64,000 nt of DNA from an uncultured Chlamydiae bacterium. Its GTDB lineage: Bacteria > Chlamydiota > Chlamydiia > Chlamydiales > SM23-39. The notes beneath the pieces are model-generated. The model was not told where the DNA came from and searched no databases. It saw nothing but the letters and a program-made list of their open reading frames with translations. A program made the position numbers and the translations under genes. The stretch lies in the NCBI GenBank assembly GCA_903893545.1, contig CAITMJ010000034.1:14315-78314 (forward strand), written 5' to 3'. Shown one piece after another: positions 9,045-20,632 of the stretch (within the stretch, counting starts at the first letter, position 1; every line of letters begins with the position of its first letter).

Positions 9045-9866
9045 ATGCCGAAAATTTTTCGACCTACAACACCTGGACAAAGAAAGCTAGTCCTTCCAAC
9101 CTTGCTCGAATTATCTCCTAGCGGGAAGAGGACGCCAAAAGCGCTCTTAGAAAAGAAGAGACGTACGAACGGCCGCAACCATAGTGGGCATATTACATGC
9201 CGTCACAAAGGTGGAGGCGCCAAGCAAATGTATCGATTGATCGACTTCAAACGGGATAAAGAAAATATTCCAGCAAAAGTCGCATCGATCGAGTACGATC
9301 CCAATCGATCCTCCCTCATTGCCCTTCTTCACTATCAAGATGGGGAAAAGCGGTTTATTTTAGCTGCGCAAGGGATGAAAGTGGGCGATATCGTGCAAAC
9401 GAGCAACGAACCTCCGTTCCAAGTCGGATGCTGCATGAAATTGAAGTTCATGCCCATCGGCTCTGTCATTCACGCAGTAGAACTCTACCCAGGACGAGGA
9501 GCTCAGCTCATTCGTTCCGCAGGGCTCTCTGCACAGCTCGTTGCCCGAGGCAATGGCTATGCGACAGTTCGGTTACCCTCTGGCGAAGTTCGCATGATCA
9601 ATGAAGATTGTCGAGCGACCTTCGGCGCGGTTTCCAATTCTGAGCACAACCTCCGCGTCATCGGAAAAGCGGGCCGTTCTCGATGGTTAGGGATAAGACC
9701 TACCGTCCGCGGTACTGCTATGAACCCGGTCGACCACCCAATGGGCGGCGGCGAAGGGCGAGGCAAAGGAAATCACCCGCAAACACCGTGGGCGCAATTT
9801 ACCAAGGGATACCGCACTCGTTCCAACAAGAAAACTAGAAAATGGGTCGTAAAGGAGCGTCGATAA
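9045..9866 (+). CDS. rplB: 50S ribosomal protein L2
   Basis: [36 protein letters not shown]. Confidence 0.97.
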   Translation: MPKIFRPTTPGQRKLVLPTLLELSPSGKRTPKALLEKKRRTNGRNHSGHITCRHKGGGAKQMYRLIDFKRDKENIPAKVASIEYDPNRSSLIALLHYQDGEKRFILAAQGMKVGDIVQTSNEPPFQVGCCMKLKFMPIGSVIHAVELYPGRGAQLIRSAGLSAQLVARGNGYATVRLPSGEVRMINEDCRATFGAVSNSEHNLRVIGKAGRSRWLGIRPTVRGTAMNPVDHPMGGGEGRGKGNHPQTPWAQFTKGYRTRSNKKTRKWVVKERR

Positions 9867-9870
9867 ATTT

Positions 9871-10170
9871 ATGGCAAGATCACTAAAAAAAGGTCCCTTT
9901 GTCGACCACCATTTGATGGCAAAGATTGAAAAAAACAGCAAAGAGGGCTCTAAGAAGGTCATTAAGACTTGGTCGAGACGCTCGATGATCATCCCAGAAA
10001 TGGTAGGATCGACATTTGATGTTCACAATGGAAAGAAATTCATCTCGGTCTTTGTCTCCGAAAATATGGTTGGACATCGCCTTGGCGAATTTTCTCCGAC
10101 ACGCTCTTTCAAAGGGCACCCCAAGAAATCAGCCGCAGCCGTTGCTGCAGCAGCCCAACCAGGAAGCTAA
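9871..10170 (+). CDS. rpsS: 30S ribosomal protein S19
   Basis: [31 protein letters not shown]. Confidence 0.97.
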   Translation: MARSLKKGPFVDHHLMAKIEKNSKEGSKKVIKTWSRRSMIIPEMVGSTFDVHNGKKFISVFVSENMVGHRLGEFSPTRSFKGHPKKSAAAVAAAAQPGS

Positions 10171-10173
10171 GCC

Positions 10174-10527
10174 ATGGAATTTGCTAAAGCAATTACAAAA
10201 TACGTTCGGATTTCTCCTAGAAAGGCGCGATACGCAGCAGATTTGATCCGCGGACTCACAGTTGAGAAAGCGACACTTCAATTGATGTATTGCAAACTTC
10301 GCGGCGGCCGCCTCATCCAAAAGACATTGGACAGCGCAGTGGCTAACGCGGAAACGCAGCTAGACGCTCGACGTGAAAATTTGAAAGTACACGAAGTGCG
10401 CGTGGACGCAGGCCCTATTTTACGCAGAGCCAAGGCTCGCAGTAAGGGATCTTCAGTTCCTGTGAACAAGCGAACAAGTCACTTTACAGTCATCGTATCG
10501 ACAGTCATCGTATCGAAGGAGAAATAG
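10174..10527 (+). CDS. rplV: 50S ribosomal protein L22
   Basis: AKAITKYVRISPRKARYAADLIRG. The C-terminal tail contains a 15-bp tandem duplication (10486-10515). Confidence 0.95.
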   Translation: MEFAKAITKYVRISPRKARYAADLIRGLTVEKATLQLMYCKLRGGRLIQKTLDSAVANAETQLDARRENLKVHEVRVDAGPILRRAKARSKGSSVPVNKRTSHFTVIVSTVIVSKEK

Positions 10528-10528
10528 A

Positions 10529-11185
10529 ATGGGACAAAAAGTATCGCCAACTGGATTCCGCCTCGTTCGAAGGAAAAAGTGGCTCTCTAATTGGTTTGCA
10601 AACAAGCAAGAGTTTGGAAATTTGATCGCTGAAGATAAGCAAATTCGCTCTCTTCTAATGACCAAGCCTGCTTGCCAAGGAGCTTCTAAAATCCAGATCA
10701 AGCGGATGAGCGGTAAAATTGAAGTTACGATCGTCACTTCGAGACCAGGTCTTGTCATCGGCAAAAAAGGCGCTGAAATTGATATTTTGAAAGCAGACCT
10801 CCGAAAGCTGACAGGCAAAGACATCTGGATCGAAGTAGAAGAGATCAAAAGACCTGACCTCGATGCGAAGCTCGTCGCTGACGGAATCGCAAAACAACTC
10901 GAGCGCAGAATTCCATTCCGTCGTGTATTGAAAAAATCAATGCAGACCTCGATGGATGCCGGCGCAGCGGGAATTAAAGTCCAGATTTCAGGCCGTATCG
11001 GCGGTGCTGAGATCGCTCGCGTAGAATGGTATAAAGAGGGAAGAATTCCTCTCCATACACTGCGCGCTGACATCGACTATGCACACGGACGAGCTGAAAC
11101 GACCTACGGATCGATCGGCGTAAAAGTTTGGATTAACAAAGGCGATGAGATCATCGCTCCGATCAAACAAGCAGTTGGGAGTTAA
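10529..11185 (+). CDS. rpsC: 30S ribosomal protein S3
   Basis: MGQKVSPTGFRL; KH domain IVTSRPGLVIGKKGAEI. Confidence 0.97.
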   Translation: MGQKVSPTGFRLVRRKKWLSNWFANKQEFGNLIAEDKQIRSLLMTKPACQGASKIQIKRMSGKIEVTIVTSRPGLVIGKKGAEIDILKADLRKLTGKDIWIEVEEIKRPDLDAKLVADGIAKQLERRIPFRRVLKKSMQTSMDAGAAGIKVQISGRIGGAEIARVEWYKEGRIPLHTLRADIDYAHGRAETTYGSIGVKVWINKGDEIIAPIKQAVGS

Positions 11186-11188
11186 CCT

Positions 11189-11611
11189 ATGTCGTTCTTG
11201 ATGCCTAAACGCACGAAGTTTAGAAAACAACAGAGAGGCAGTATCGCCGGGTTATCCAAAGGCGGATCTTACATCGAATTTGGTGAGTTCGGGATGCAGT
11301 CATTAGATAGAGGCTGGGTAACAGGACCTCAAATCGAAGCATGCCGCGTGGCGATCAGCCGTTATTTTAGCCGTAAAGGTCAAGTTTGGATCCGAATATT
11401 TCCAGACAAACCAGTGTCAAAAAAACCTGCGGAAACAAGACAAGGTACCGGAAAAGGCGCGCCTGACCATTGGGTCGCATGCGTACAGCCAGGAAGAGTC
11501 CTTTTCGAAGTTGCCAATGTAACGCGAGAAGAAGCGCAAGAAGCTTTGAAATTAGCTGCTGCAAAGCTCCCTTTTCGCACTAAATTTGTCGATCGATTGG
11601 AGAGAGTATAA
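11189..11611 (+). CDS. rplP: 50S ribosomal protein L16
   Basis: [25 protein letters not shown]. Confidence 0.97.
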   Translation: MSFLMPKRTKFRKQQRGSIAGLSKGGSYIEFGEFGMQSLDRGWVTGPQIEACRVAISRYFSRKGQVWIRIFPDKPVSKKPAETRQGTGKGAPDHWVACVQPGRVLFEVANVTREEAQEALKLAAAKLPFRTKFVDRLERV

Positions 11612-11613
11612 TC

Positions 11614-11832
11614 ATGGCGAAGAAGAAAAAAGCAGTAGCAATGGATCATTCCGTTGCAGAAATGAATGCAATGATCACAAATCTCAATCGAGAGATTTTT
11701 GCTCTTCGCAACGAACTTGCGGTCAATAGAAAGCTGGAAAAGCCCCATCTCATTAAGTACAAGCGCAAAGAGAAGGCGCGGCTTTTAACAAAACTGACCC
11801 AGACACAAAACCGCTCTAAAGAGGTCGCATGA
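11614..11832 (+). CDS. rpmC: 50S ribosomal protein L29
   Basis: 72 aa helical; [25 protein letters not shown]. Position between L16 and S17. Confidence 0.9.
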   Translation: MAKKKKAVAMDHSVAEMNAMITNLNREIFALRNELAVNRKLEKPHLIKYKRKEKARLLTKLTQTQNRSKEVA

Positions 11833-12080
11833 GTACAGAGACTCGAGGCAAAAGAAAAGAAAATATTGGAGTTGTCATCTCCAATAAAATGGATAGAACC
11901 GTCGTTGTAAAAGTATCCCGTAAGATGCGCCATGAGAAGTATGGCAAAGTCATTGAACGGAGCAAAAAATACTACGCACACGATGACAGCGACACGATCG
12001 AAATCGGCCAGAAAGTTCGCATTATGGAAACCCGGCCTCTTTCAAAATTGAAGCGCTGGCGCGTGGTTGAGGTCCTTTAA
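11829..12080 (+). CDS. rpsQ: 30S ribosomal protein S17
   Basis: [32 protein letters not shown]. Confidence 0.95.
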   Translation: MSTETRGKRKENIGVVISNKMDRTVVVKVSRKMRHEKYGKVIERSKKYYAHDDSDTIEIGQKVRIMETRPLSKLKRWRVVEVL

Positions 12081-12094
12081 GGGAAAGGAAGAGT

Positions 12095-12463
12095 ATGATT
12101 CAACAAGAAACTGAATTAGAAGTGGCTGACAATACTGGGGCAAAGAGAGTCCGATGCTTTAAAGTTCTCGGCGGAACGCGCAAGCGTTATGCAAAAGTCG
12201 GGGACATCATCGTATGCTCGATCCAAGAAGCGGATCCGAAAGGAGCCGTAAAAAAAGGCGAAGTCGTAAAGGCAGTCATTGTCCGGACTAAGAGCTATAT
12301 CCGTCGAGTCGACGGCTCGCTGCTTCGCTTTTATGATAATAGCTGTGTCATCATCGATGATAAAAACAATCCGCGTGGAACGCGTATTTTTGGACCGATC
12401 GCTCGCGAAGTTCGCGATGGCGGATTTGTCAAGATAAGCTCCCTGGCGCCGGAAGTGATTTAG
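12095..12463 (+). CDS. rplN: 50S ribosomal protein L14
   Basis: [27 protein letters not shown]. Confidence 0.97.
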   Translation: MIQQETELEVADNTGAKRVRCFKVLGGTRKRYAKVGDIIVCSIQEADPKGAVKKGEVVKAVIVRTKSYIRRVDGSLLRFYDNSCVIIDDKNNPRGTRIFGPIAREVRDGGFVKISSLAPEVI

Positions 12464-12471
12464 GAGAAAAG

Positions 12472-12804
12472 ATGAGTAAAAAGATCCGTAAAGGCGACCG
12501 CGTGATGGTCATTTCTGGCAACGATAAAGGGAAGACAGGAGAAATCTTGGCTAAATCCGAAAATCGAGTCCTTGTGCAAGGCGTCAATATTCGCAAGAAG
12601 CATTTAAAAAGAACGCAGCAAACGCAAGGCGGGAGAATTGTGGAAATGGAAGTCCCTATCCACATCTCTAACGTAGCTCTTACCACGAAAGAGGGGATGA
12701 AAGTACGCCTGCGCACGAAAAAATCCAAGAGTGGAGAGCGCGAGCTAGTCTTCCAAAACGATGGAAAAGAAGTCGTATACCGCTCGATGAAGAAACCCGC
12801 ATAA
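12472..12804 (+). CDS. rplX: 50S ribosomal protein L24
   Basis: [22 protein letters not shown] (KOW motif). Confidence 0.95.
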   Translation: MSKKIRKGDRVMVISGNDKGKTGEILAKSENRVLVQGVNIRKKHLKRTQQTQGGRIVEMEVPIHISNVALTTKEGMKVRLRTKKSKSGERELVFQNDGKEVVYRSMKKPA

Positions 12805-12816
12805 GTTGAGAACAAT

Positions 12817-13353
12817 ATGTCCAGATTGCAAAAAAGATACAAAGAAGAAATTGTCCAAGAGCTGAAAAACCGGCATCCGGAGCTTAATACAATGGAGCTC
12901 CCAGTCCTGAAAAAGATCGTTCTCAGCATGGGCCTTGGCGATGCGATTAAAGATAAAAACGCAATCGCAGAGCACAGCGACGAACTCATGGTAATCTCTG
13001 GTCAAAAACCAGTTGTCACCAAATCGAAGAAAGCGATTTCCAACTTCAAATTGCGCGAAGACCAGCCCATCGGGCTTATGGTGACCCTTCGCGGCAAGAG
13101 AATGTATGAATTTTTAGATCGTTTTTGCCACATTGTCTCCCCACGTATTCGCGACTTTAGAGGATTGACCCCTAAGTGCGATGGACGAGGAAACTATAAT
13201 TTTGGCATCAACGACCAACAAATCTTCCCGGAAATCAATCTCGATAAAGTAAAGAGAACTCAAGGGATGAACATCACACTTGTGACGACCGCAGCCTCCG
13301 ATGAGGACTGTGTAGAGCTTTTAACATTGCTCGGCTTCCCATTTAAATCGTAA
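12817..13353 (+). CDS. rplE: 50S ribosomal protein L5
   Basis: [30 protein letters not shown]. Confidence 0.96.
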   Translation: MSRLQKRYKEEIVQELKNRHPELNTMELPVLKKIVLSMGLGDAIKDKNAIAEHSDELMVISGQKPVVTKSKKAISNFKLREDQPIGLMVTLRGKRMYEFLDRFCHIVSPRIRDFRGLTPKCDGRGNYNFGINDQQIFPEINLDKVKRTQGMNITLVTTAASDEDCVELLTLLGFPFKS

Positions 13354-13365
13354 GAAAAGGAAAAT

Positions 13366-13758
13366 ATGGCATTCAACGATCCAATCGCAGAGCTGCTAAC
13401 AAAAATTCGAAATGCAAAAGATGCTCAGCATCGGCATGTCGATATCAGCTTTAGCAAGATTAAAATTAAGATTTTGGATATCCTGAAACACCATGGATTT
13501 GTCGAAAACTTTTTAGTCAATGAAGAGATCCGCAAAATTCGCGTTTTTCTCCGCTACAATAAACTGAGAGAATCGGTTGTCCGAGGACTAAAAAGAGTTT
13601 CTTCGAGCGGACTGCGCCAATACATCGGCTACCGCGATATCCCTAAAGTCTTCAATGGCATGGGAATTGCAATTTTGAGCACGCCTCAAGGCGTATTAGA
13701 TGGGGAAACTGCCCGCAATTTAAAAGCCGGCGGCGAAATCCTGTGCACCGTTTGGTAA
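13366..13758 (+). CDS. rpsH: 30S ribosomal protein S8
   Basis: DPIAELLTKIRNA, GMGIAILSTPQGVL. There is no rpsN between rplE and rpsH. Confidence 0.96.
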   Translation: MAFNDPIAELLTKIRNAKDAQHRHVDISFSKIKIKILDILKHHGFVENFLVNEEIRKIRVFLRYNKLRESVVRGLKRVSSSGLRQYIGYRDIPKVFNGMGIAILSTPQGVLDGETARNLKAGGEILCTVW

Positions 13759-13778
13759 TTGAGTAGAGGAAAAGTACA

Positions 13779-14324
13779 ATGTCAAGATTAGGAAAAACTC
13801 CAATTTCTCTGCCAAAAGGCGTTGAGATGAAGGCGTCCAAAGAGGGCGTACTGCAAGTAAAAGGACCGAAAGGCAATCTGCAACTCCAATTGCCGGCTGG
13901 AATTACGCTGAAAATCGAAGGACAAGAGGCTCTTCTCGAACGAGATGAGGCAGTTGCTCTCTCTAAATACCACGGTCTCTATCGATCGTTGGTGAAGAAT
14001 GCTGTTATCGGCGTTACCGAAGGGTTTGAAGTAAAACTCGCCCTGGTCGGCGTTGGTTACCGGGCGAATATCGTCGGAAGCAAGTTAGATATGCAACTCG
14101 GCTTTTCCCATCCAACGGCTATTGAGATCCCAAAGGGGATTCAAGTGGTCGTCGACAAAGGGGTAGCGATTTCCATCAAGGGAATCGATAAGCATGAAGT
14201 TGGGCAGTTTGCCGCTGCTGTACGCGGGATGAAACCTCCTGAACCTTACAAAGGCAAAGGCGTTCGCTACGAAAATGAGTACGTGCGCAAGAAAGAAGGT
14301 AAGGCAGCAAAAGGGAAAGCTTAA
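13779..14324 (+). CDS. rplF: 50S ribosomal protein L6
   Basis: MSRLGKTPISLPKGVEM, PEPYKGKGVRYENEYV. Confidence 0.96.
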   Translation: MSRLGKTPISLPKGVEMKASKEGVLQVKGPKGNLQLQLPAGITLKIEGQEALLERDEAVALSKYHGLYRSLVKNAVIGVTEGFEVKLALVGVGYRANIVGSKLDMQLGFSHPTAIEIPKGIQVVVDKGVAISIKGIDKHEVGQFAAAVRGMKPPEPYKGKGVRYENEYVRKKEGKAAKGKA

Positions 14325-14689
14325 TGGATAATTCATTAAAAAGACGAAGGATTGCTCGAAGAGCCAGAATCTTTCGCGTAAGAAAAAAGATACGGGGAAC
14401 TGCGGATAAGCCGCGCCTGACTGTTTCAAAAACAAACGCGCATATTTATGCTCAGTTGATCGATGATCAAAAGGGCGTAACGCTAGCGGGATTTAGCACG
14501 CAATCCTCAAAAGAGACGCAATTGAATCGTAGATCGAAAGAGTCTGCGCGCCACATTGGTGCTAAGATCGCAGAAGCTGCGAAGAAGTTGAATGTTGCCG
14601 AAGTCATCTTTGACAGAGGCCGATATAAATTTCATGGCGTTATCGCAGAGCTTGCAAATAGCGCTCGCGAAGCTGGACTGCAATTCTAA
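14324..14689 (+). CDS. rplR: 50S ribosomal protein L18
   Basis: RVRKKIRGTADKPRLTVSKTNAHIYAQLIDD, FDRGRYKFHG. Confidence 0.96.
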   Translation: MDNSLKRRRIARRARIFRVRKKIRGTADKPRLTVSKTNAHIYAQLIDDQKGVTLAGFSTQSSKETQLNRRSKESARHIGAKIAEAAKKLNVAEVIFDRGRYKFHGVIAELANSAREAGLQF

Positions 14690-14701
14690 CGGGAATAGGA
14701 A

Positions 14702-15202
14702 ATGGCAAAAGAACAAAAAAAACAGCGCGCTGAAGATTTTGGCACTGAATTCGAAGAGAAAGTACTCTACATTAACCGGTGCTCGAAAGTCGTAAAGGGT
14801 GGACGTAAATTTAGCTTCTCAGCACTCATCCTGATCGGGGACGGCCAAGGCCACGTCGGCTATGGTTTTGCGAAAGCAAACGAAGTTTCCGATGCGATTC
14901 GCAAAGGAACTGAAGCGGCTCGAAAAAACGTCTTCACAATCGAGATGGAAGGCACGACCATACCTCATGAAGTATTAGTCATCTGGGATGGAGCGAAAAT
15001 CCTCTTGAAGCCAGCCGCATTGGGAACTGGAGTGGTCGCAGGATCAAAAGTCCGTTCTGTGCTTGAACTTGCCGGCGTCAAAGACGTCATTGCGAAGAAC
15101 CTTGGATGCAGCAACCCTTTTAATCAGGTAAAAGCAACCTTTAAGGCCTTCAGCCAATTGAAAAATAGAGAGCGTTGCCTCTCTGAAAGAAAGGGGATCT
15201 AA
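14702..15202 (+). CDS. rpsE: 30S ribosomal protein S5
   Basis: INRCSKVVKGGRKFSFSALILIGDGQGHVGYGFAKANEV. There is no rpmD after it. Confidence 0.96.
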   Translation: MAKEQKKQRAEDFGTEFEEKVLYINRCSKVVKGGRKFSFSALILIGDGQGHVGYGFAKANEVSDAIRKGTEAARKNVFTIEMEGTTIPHEVLVIWDGAKILLKPAALGTGVVAGSKVRSVLELAGVKDVIAKNLGCSNPFNQVKATFKAFSQLKNRERCLSERKGI

Positions 15203-15206
15203 CTCC

Positions 15207-15662
15207 ATGTTTAACCTATCTGAAATGAAAGATACGTCGCGCCCTTCAAAAAGCTCGAGACGAATTGGACGAGGCCTTGGCTCTAAGCGCGGCGGTCATG
15301 CTGGCCGAGGCGGTAAAGGGGATAGCCATCGTTCCGGATATCGAAAAAGATTCGGATACGAAGGGGGACAAGTTCCTCTCTATCGCAAATTGCCGATTCG
15401 AGGATTTACTCGCGGTCTTTTCGTCAAAGAATCTCAAGCGATTTCATTGGCAAAAATTGAGCAATATTATCGCGATGGCGAAACAGTCAATATGGAAACT
15501 CTCCGCGAAAAAGGATTGATTCCGAGAAAACTGCCCGGTGGAATAAAAATCTTAGCCGTTGGAAATTTGACCAAAAAAGTCAAAATTGAAGCGCATGGTT
15601 TTTCTGAATCTGCGAAACAAAAGCTCGATGAAAAATCGATTTCTTACACGGTTCTTTCCTAA
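15207..15662 (+). CDS. rplO: 50S ribosomal protein L15
   Basis: GRGLGSKRGGHAGRGGKG, EGGQVPLYRKLP. Confidence 0.95.
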   Translation: MFNLSEMKDTSRPSKSSRRIGRGLGSKRGGHAGRGGKGDSHRSGYRKRFGYEGGQVPLYRKLPIRGFTRGLFVKESQAISLAKIEQYYRDGETVNMETLREKGLIPRKLPGGIKILAVGNLTKKVKIEAHGFSESAKQKLDEKSISYTVLS

Positions 15663-15674
15663 GAAGAGTAACTC

Positions 15675-17045
15675 ATGATCGACGCATTGCGAAGAGTTTT
15701 TGGGATTCCTGAGTTAAGAGCGAAAATTTATTTTACGCTCCTTCTCCTATTCGTATGCCGCATCGGCGCTTATGTTCCGGTTCCCGGAATTAATGCCGAA
15801 ATGGCGATCAGCATATTTAAATATGCGACAGGCGGTGGGCAAAATTTATTCCAGCTCGTAGATATTTTCTCCGGCGGAGCTTTTGCCAAGATGACCGTTT
15901 TAGCATTGGGAGTATCTCCGTACATCACCGCTTCGATCGTAATGCAGCTCTTGATCGCGCTCGTTCCTTCTATCCAAAGAGATATCCGTGAAAGTCCAGA
16001 TCAGGGTCGCCGAAAACTCTCCAAATGGACGAGATTAGCAACCCTGGTTCTGGCTCTTTTTCAAGCAGGACTCTTTGCAAGGTTTGCCGTCACGATGAAC
16101 CAATCTACCCCTGGCATTGTCGTTTCCCAGTTTATCGATGTCAAAATCTTTGGGGTTCCATGGCTCTTTTACCTCACCGTCATGGTCACAATGACCGTGG
16201 GGACGTTGCTTCTTATGTGGATTGGCGAACAAATCACAGAAAAAGGGATCGGCAACGGAATCAGCTTGATTATCGCTACAGGGATCCTGGCATCTTTGCC
16301 AAGCACCATTGGCTCGATCATCAGTAAGCTCAACCTCTCCTCGCAAGATGTTGGCCAGCTCTCCTTTACAACCCTTATCGTGCTCGCAGCGCTGTTTGTT
16401 CTCATCACGATTGGAACCATTTTAGTTATCCAAGGGCAACGAAGAATTCCTTTGCAGTATGCAAGGCGCATCGTGGGCCGCCATGAAGTGCAGGGAGGAA
16501 ATTCTCATATCCCTCTCAAGGTCAATTATGCGGGAGTCATCCCGGTGATCTTCGCCTCCTCTCTTCTCATGTTCCCCGCCACAATCGGCCAGTTTCTAGG
16601 GAAGAATACCTGGATGGGACAAATCTCGAATTACCTCTCCCCAGGATCGTGGGTATATATGACGATCTACGTGATGCTGATTCTATTTTTTACTTACTTC
16701 TGGACAGCCACGCAATTTAAGCCTGAACAGATCGCCTCAGATATGAAAAAAAACGGCGCTTTTGTCCCTGGTATCCGCCAAGGCAGGCCGACACAGGAAT
16801 TTTTAGAATCGACCATGAGTAAAATTACCCTTGTAGGAGCCGTCTTTTTGGCAGTGATTGCCATTTTGCCGACATTCATTGGTAAGTTTATGGGGATCGA
16901 TGCCAATATTAGCCAATTTTTTGGAGGAACCTCCTTGCTCATTTTGGTGGGCGTTATCTTGGACACTTCCAAACAAATTGAATCTCATCTACTTATGAAG
17001 CGCTATGACGGATTCATGACGAAAGGGCGTCTTCGCGGGCGATGA
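15675..17045 (+). CDS. secY: preprotein translocase subunit SecY
   Basis: 456 aa, about 10 TM helices; [35 protein letters not shown]. Confidence 0.96.
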   Translation: MIDALRRVFGIPELRAKIYFTLLLLFVCRIGAYVPVPGINAEMAISIFKYATGGGQNLFQLVDIFSGGAFAKMTVLALGVSPYITASIVMQLLIALVPSIQRDIRESPDQGRRKLSKWTRLATLVLALFQAGLFARFAVTMNQSTPGIVVSQFIDVKIFGVPWLFYLTVMVTMTVGTLLLMWIGEQITEKGIGNGISLIIATGILASLPSTIGSIISKLNLSSQDVGQLSFTTLIVLAALFVLITIGTILVIQGQRRIPLQYARRIVGRHEVQGGNSHIPLKVNYAGVIPVIFASSLLMFPATIGQFLGKNTWMGQISNYLSPGSWVYMTIYVMLILFFTYFWTATQFKPEQIASDMKKNGAFVPGIRQGRPTQEFLESTMSKITLVGAVFLAVIAILPTFIGKFMGIDANISQFFGGTSLLILVGVILDTSKQIESHLLMKRYDGFMTKGRLRGR

Positions 17046-17110
17046 GAAGGAAATTGTAATATAACCAGTTATTTGCTATTGTAGACTGACAAATTGAGGA
17101 TTAACCCACT

Positions 17111-17479
17111 ATGCCTAGAATCATCGGGATCGACGTTCCGGATAAAAAGCGTTTAGAGATTGCATTGACCTACATCTATGGAATCGGCAGAAAGCTTTCT
17201 AACGAGATCATTGAGAAGTTGAAATTGAATAAAGATCTACGCGCAAGCCAGCTGACTGAAGAGCAAATTGCTCAGCTCAATGCGATCCTTACTTCCGAAT
17301 ACATCGTTGAAGGGGATTTGCGCCGTCAAGTTCAAAATAACATTAAACGCCTTGTTGGCATTCACTGCTATCGCGGCATGCGCCACCGCCTGGGACTTCC
17401 AGTTCGCGGTCAAAGAACTCGCACGAATGCGAGAACTCGCAAAGGTAAACGAAAAACTGTTGCCAACAAGAAAATCTAA
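17111..17479 (+). CDS. rpsM: 30S ribosomal protein S13
   Basis: [49 protein letters not shown]. Confidence 0.96.
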   Translation: MPRIIGIDVPDKKRLEIALTYIYGIGRKLSNEIIEKLKLNKDLRASQLTEEQIAQLNAILTSEYIVEGDLRRQVQNNIKRLVGIHCYRGMRHRLGLPVRGQRTRTNARTRKGKRKTVANKKI

Positions 17480-17497
17480 AATTAGGAGATAAATCCC

Positions 17498-17914
17498 TTG
17501 GCTAAGCAAGAACAGAAAGCGCCCCCAAAAAAAGCTGCAGTGCGGGTAAAAAAGAAAATTGCGCGTACAGTGCCTGTAGGCATTGCGCATGTAAAGGCAA
17601 CATTTAACAATACCGTTGTCGCGATTACAGACCTCGCAGGCAATGTCATTTCTTGGTCATCCGCAGGAAAATCAAACTTCGCTGGATCGAGAAAATCATC
17701 TGCTTTCGCAGCGACTGTAGCAGCTCAAAATGCCGCTAAAGACGCGATGGCGTTGGGAATGAGAGAATGTGAAGTCAATTTGAATGGACCTGGAGCCGGC
17801 CGTGAATCTGCCGTCCGAGGTCTTATGAGCGCTGGCCTATCCATCACGATCATCCGAGATAAAACACCTGTGCCGCACAACGGTTGCAGAGCCCGTAAAC
17901 GCAGACGCGTATAA
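17498..17914 (+). CDS. rpsK: 30S ribosomal protein S11
   Basis: TTG start. [34 protein letters not shown]. Confidence 0.95.
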   Translation: MAKQEQKAPPKKAAVRVKKKIARTVPVGIAHVKATFNNTVVAITDLAGNVISWSSAGKSNFAGSRKSSAFAATVAAQNAAKDAMALGMRECEVNLNGPGAGRESAVRGLMSAGLSITIIRDKTPVPHNGCRARKRRRV

Positions 17915-17939
17915 CCCACTTGATAGGAGAGGAAAAAAC

Positions 17940-19034
17940 ATGTCAATGAAATATGGCAAGTTTGAGATGCCAGAGCGAATTAAAGTCGATGAAACAAGTC
18001 AGGCTGCCAATTTTGCTCGGTTTATCGTTGAGCCTTTTGAGCGTGGATTTGGCCACACTGTAGGCAATGCGCTGCGAAGGATCATGTTAGCCTCTCTAGA
18101 AGCGCCGGCTATTTTGTCTGTTCGTATCGAAGGCGTACCTCATGAGTACATGGCGATCGAAGGCATCGTTGAAGACATGACGCACATCGTATTGAACTTG
18201 AAAGGCGCATTGATTCGCCGCTTAATGCACGAATCTGCAAACCCGAGAGAAATCTACACTGTGCAAAAACTTCTCGATGTTACCGATGAGATGCTCGAGC
18301 GCGGCGGCGGCAAATACGTCGTAACGGTCAAGGACCTCTTTGGAGGATCTGATTTCGAAGTGGTCAATGGAGATCATCTTCTCTTTACTGTGACCAAGCC
18401 AATGGTCAAGAGAATTGACCTCAAAGTAGGCATTGGTCGAGGCTACGTTCCTTCCGAGCGCCATGCTTTTGAAAAAGGCGTTGATGAAATTGTCATCGAC
18501 ACTTCTTTTTCGCCGGTTCGATTGGTTAACTACTACGTTGAAAACACACGGGTAGGCCAAGATACCGACTTTGATCGATTGATCCTTGAAGTTAAGACCG
18601 ATGGAAGGGTCTCTCCTACAGAAGCGCTTACATTTGCTGCGCAGATAGGGATTCACCATTTCCAAGTCTTTCAAACCATTTCCAAGCATGCGATTCATTT
18701 CGATAGCGGAGAGATGCAAATCAATCGCGATCGCGATGAGATTTTGCAAAAACTTGCGCTTCGAATTGACGAGATCGAACTTTCCGTTCGTTCGACCAAT
18801 TGCCTGGCAAATGCGAGTATCGAAACTATTGGCGAGCTCGTCGTAATGCCTGAATCGGAAATGCTCCGGTTCCGCAACTTCGGCAAGAAATCGCTGACTG
18901 AAATTAAGCAAAAGCTCGATGAACTTAATCTGTCGTTGGATATGGATCTTTCCAAGTATGGGATCAACCGCGACAACATCAAGCAAATTATTCAAAACTA
19001 TCTCCAAGAGAAATTGGGACACGTTGAAATATGA
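17940..19034 (+). CDS. rpoA: DNA-directed RNA polymerase subunit alpha
   Basis: [27 protein letters not shown]-terminal domain [22 protein letters not shown]. Confidence 0.96.
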   Translation: MSMKYGKFEMPERIKVDETSQAANFARFIVEPFERGFGHTVGNALRRIMLASLEAPAILSVRIEGVPHEYMAIEGIVEDMTHIVLNLKGALIRRLMHESANPREIYTVQKLLDVTDEMLERGGGKYVVTVKDLFGGSDFEVVNGDHLLFTVTKPMVKRIDLKVGIGRGYVPSERHAFEKGVDEIVIDTSFSPVRLVNYYVENTRVGQDTDFDRLILEVKTDGRVSPTEALTFAAQIGIHHFQVFQTISKHAIHFDSGEMQINRDRDEILQKLALRIDEIELSVRSTNCLANASIETIGELVVMPESEMLRFRNFGKKSLTEIKQKLDELNLSLDMDLSKYGINRDNIKQIIQNYLQEKLGHVEI

Positions 19035-19453
19035 GACATGGAAACCATACCTTTAAAGTCGGACGAACCGGATCTCACCGCCGATGCATGATTGCAAATA
19101 TGTTGAAGTCGCTGATTGAAAATGGTCGTATTTCTACGACGGTTGTCAAAGCAAAAGAACTTCGACGCCATGCAGATCGAATGATCACGCTCGCCAAGAA
19201 AAATAGCTTGTCTTCAAAGCGAGATGCGATTGCTTCTTTGCAAGTGAAGTTCAATCCTCTTACGTCGAAAGAAGCTCGCCAAGTGAAAAAAGGCGATACA
19301 AGTTCCTATTCAAGGGATCGTATTGTGATCGGTAAGCTTTTTGGCGAACTCCGAGAGCGATTCAATGAGCGCAATGGTGGCTATACCCGCATCATTAAAA
19401 CTCATGACAGAGTTGGCGATAGCGCCCCTACTTGCTATATTGAATACATTTAA
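19031..19453 (+). CDS. rplQ: 50S ribosomal protein L17
   Basis: [26 protein letters not shown]. Confidence 0.96.
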   Translation: MRHGNHTFKVGRTGSHRRCMIANMLKSLIENGRISTTVVKAKELRRHADRMITLAKKNSLSSKRDAIASLQVKFNPLTSKEARQVKKGDTSSYSRDRIVIGKLFGELRERFNERNGGYTRIIKTHDRVGDSAPTCYIEYI

Positions 19454-19461
19454 GCAAACAC

Positions 19462-19504
19462 AAGAACCACTTTTTCGAGGAACTCCCTCAAAAAAGTGGT
19501 TCTT
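19462..19504 (+). terminator. rho-independent-type hairpin ending the r-protein/rpoA operon
   Basis: Perfect 14-bp stem: AAGAACCACTTTTT (19462-19475) pairs with AAAAAGTGGTTCTT (19491-19504), 8 nt after the rplQ stop. Confidence 0.6.
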
Positions 19505-19574
19505 ATCTGTTTGGATGTCTTCGCCCTTTACACGGGGTGACAAATAATATATTCTCTTGCCCAAGAGGAGATCG

Positions 19575-20585
19575 ATGAAAAAGCGCATAGCAATCAATGG
19601 GTTCGGTCGAATCGGCCGCCTTGTTTTGCGAAATATTTTGCAACACTCCTCCTCTTTAGAAGTCGTCGCGGTCAATGACCTAGTGCCGCCGGATAACCTC
19701 GCCTATTTATTTAAGTACGATACAGTGCATGGGCAGTATTCAAAGCCCGTCAGTTCAGATCAAAACGATCTACTCATCGATGGAAAAAAAATTGTTGTCA
19801 GCGCAGTCAAAGACCCCTCTCTTTTGCCTTGGAAAGAGCATCAGATCGATTACGTCGTTGAATCGACGGGGCGCTTTACCCATTTAGAAGATGCAAAAAA
19901 GCATCTTGTCGCCGGAGCGAAACGAGTCATGATTTCAGCTCCTGGCAAAGAGGATATGCCGACCTATGTCCTTGGAGTGAATCATACGAAGTATGATCCA
20001 AAAAAAGATTTTGTTCTTTGCAATGCCTCTTGTACGACCAATTGCCTAGCTCCGCTCTGCAAAGTACTCGTGCAAAATTTTGGCATTGAGGAAGGTCTTA
20101 TGACCACCGTTCATTCGCTCACAGCGAGTCAACCTACTGTCGATGGACCTTCACATAAAGATTGGCGCGGCGGGCGAGCTGCCGGCCAGAACATCATTCC
20201 AGCCTCTACGGGGGCTGCGAAAGCGGTGACGCTTTGCCTTCCTGAATTAAAAGGCAAGCTCACCGGCATGGCTTTTCGGATTCCGACCATCGATGTCTCG
20301 GTTGTCGATTTAACAGTGCGACTAGCCTGCGATACAAGCTACGAGGAAATTTGCAACGCCTTGGATGCTGCCGCGCGCGGTGAGCTCAAAGGCATTCTCA
20401 CCACGACGGATGAACAAATTGTTTCATCCGATTTGATTGGCAGTCATTACTCCTGCATTGTCGATAAGACCGCAGGAATTGCTTTAAATAAACGATTTTA
20501 TAAATTAATCGCTTGGTATGACAATGAAATGGGCTATGCCCAACGGGTTGTCGACATGCTGGAATACTTAGCTTCGAAGGAATAA
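19575..20585 (+). CDS. gapA: glyceraldehyde-3-phosphate dehydrogenase
   Basis: [27 protein letters not shown] prefer ATG 19575 (AGGAG 5 nt upstream) over TTG 19557. Confidence 0.95.
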   Translation: MKKRIAINGFGRIGRLVLRNILQHSSSLEVVAVNDLVPPDNLAYLFKYDTVHGQYSKPVSSDQNDLLIDGKKIVVSAVKDPSLLPWKEHQIDYVVESTGRFTHLEDAKKHLVAGAKRVMISAPGKEDMPTYVLGVNHTKYDPKKDFVLCNASCTTNCLAPLCKVLVQNFGIEEGLMTTVHSLTASQPTVDGPSHKDWRGGRAAGQNIIPASTGAAKAVTLCLPELKGKLTGMAFRIPTIDVSVVDLTVRLACDTSYEEICNALDAAARGELKGILTTTDEQIVSSDLIGSHYSCIVDKTAGIALNKRFYKLIAWYDNEMGYAQRVVDMLEYLASKE

Positions 20586-20632
20586 CGATCCGATGCGCCC
20601 AAGCGATAAACCCTTAACATTCGGTAGAACCA

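Noticed and set aside
18222-19022. 266-aa minus-strand ORF opposite rpoA, and similar long antisense ORFs at 3584-4300 (lpxA), 10453-11073 (rpsC), 12429-12989 (rplX/rplE), 30291-30959 (trxB), 32841-33521 (sctN), 50739-51392 (clpX) and 55362-55953 (SNF2)
   Set aside because: Each overlaps a confidently identified conserved gene on the other strand. The translations are low-complexity or have no recognisable motifs.
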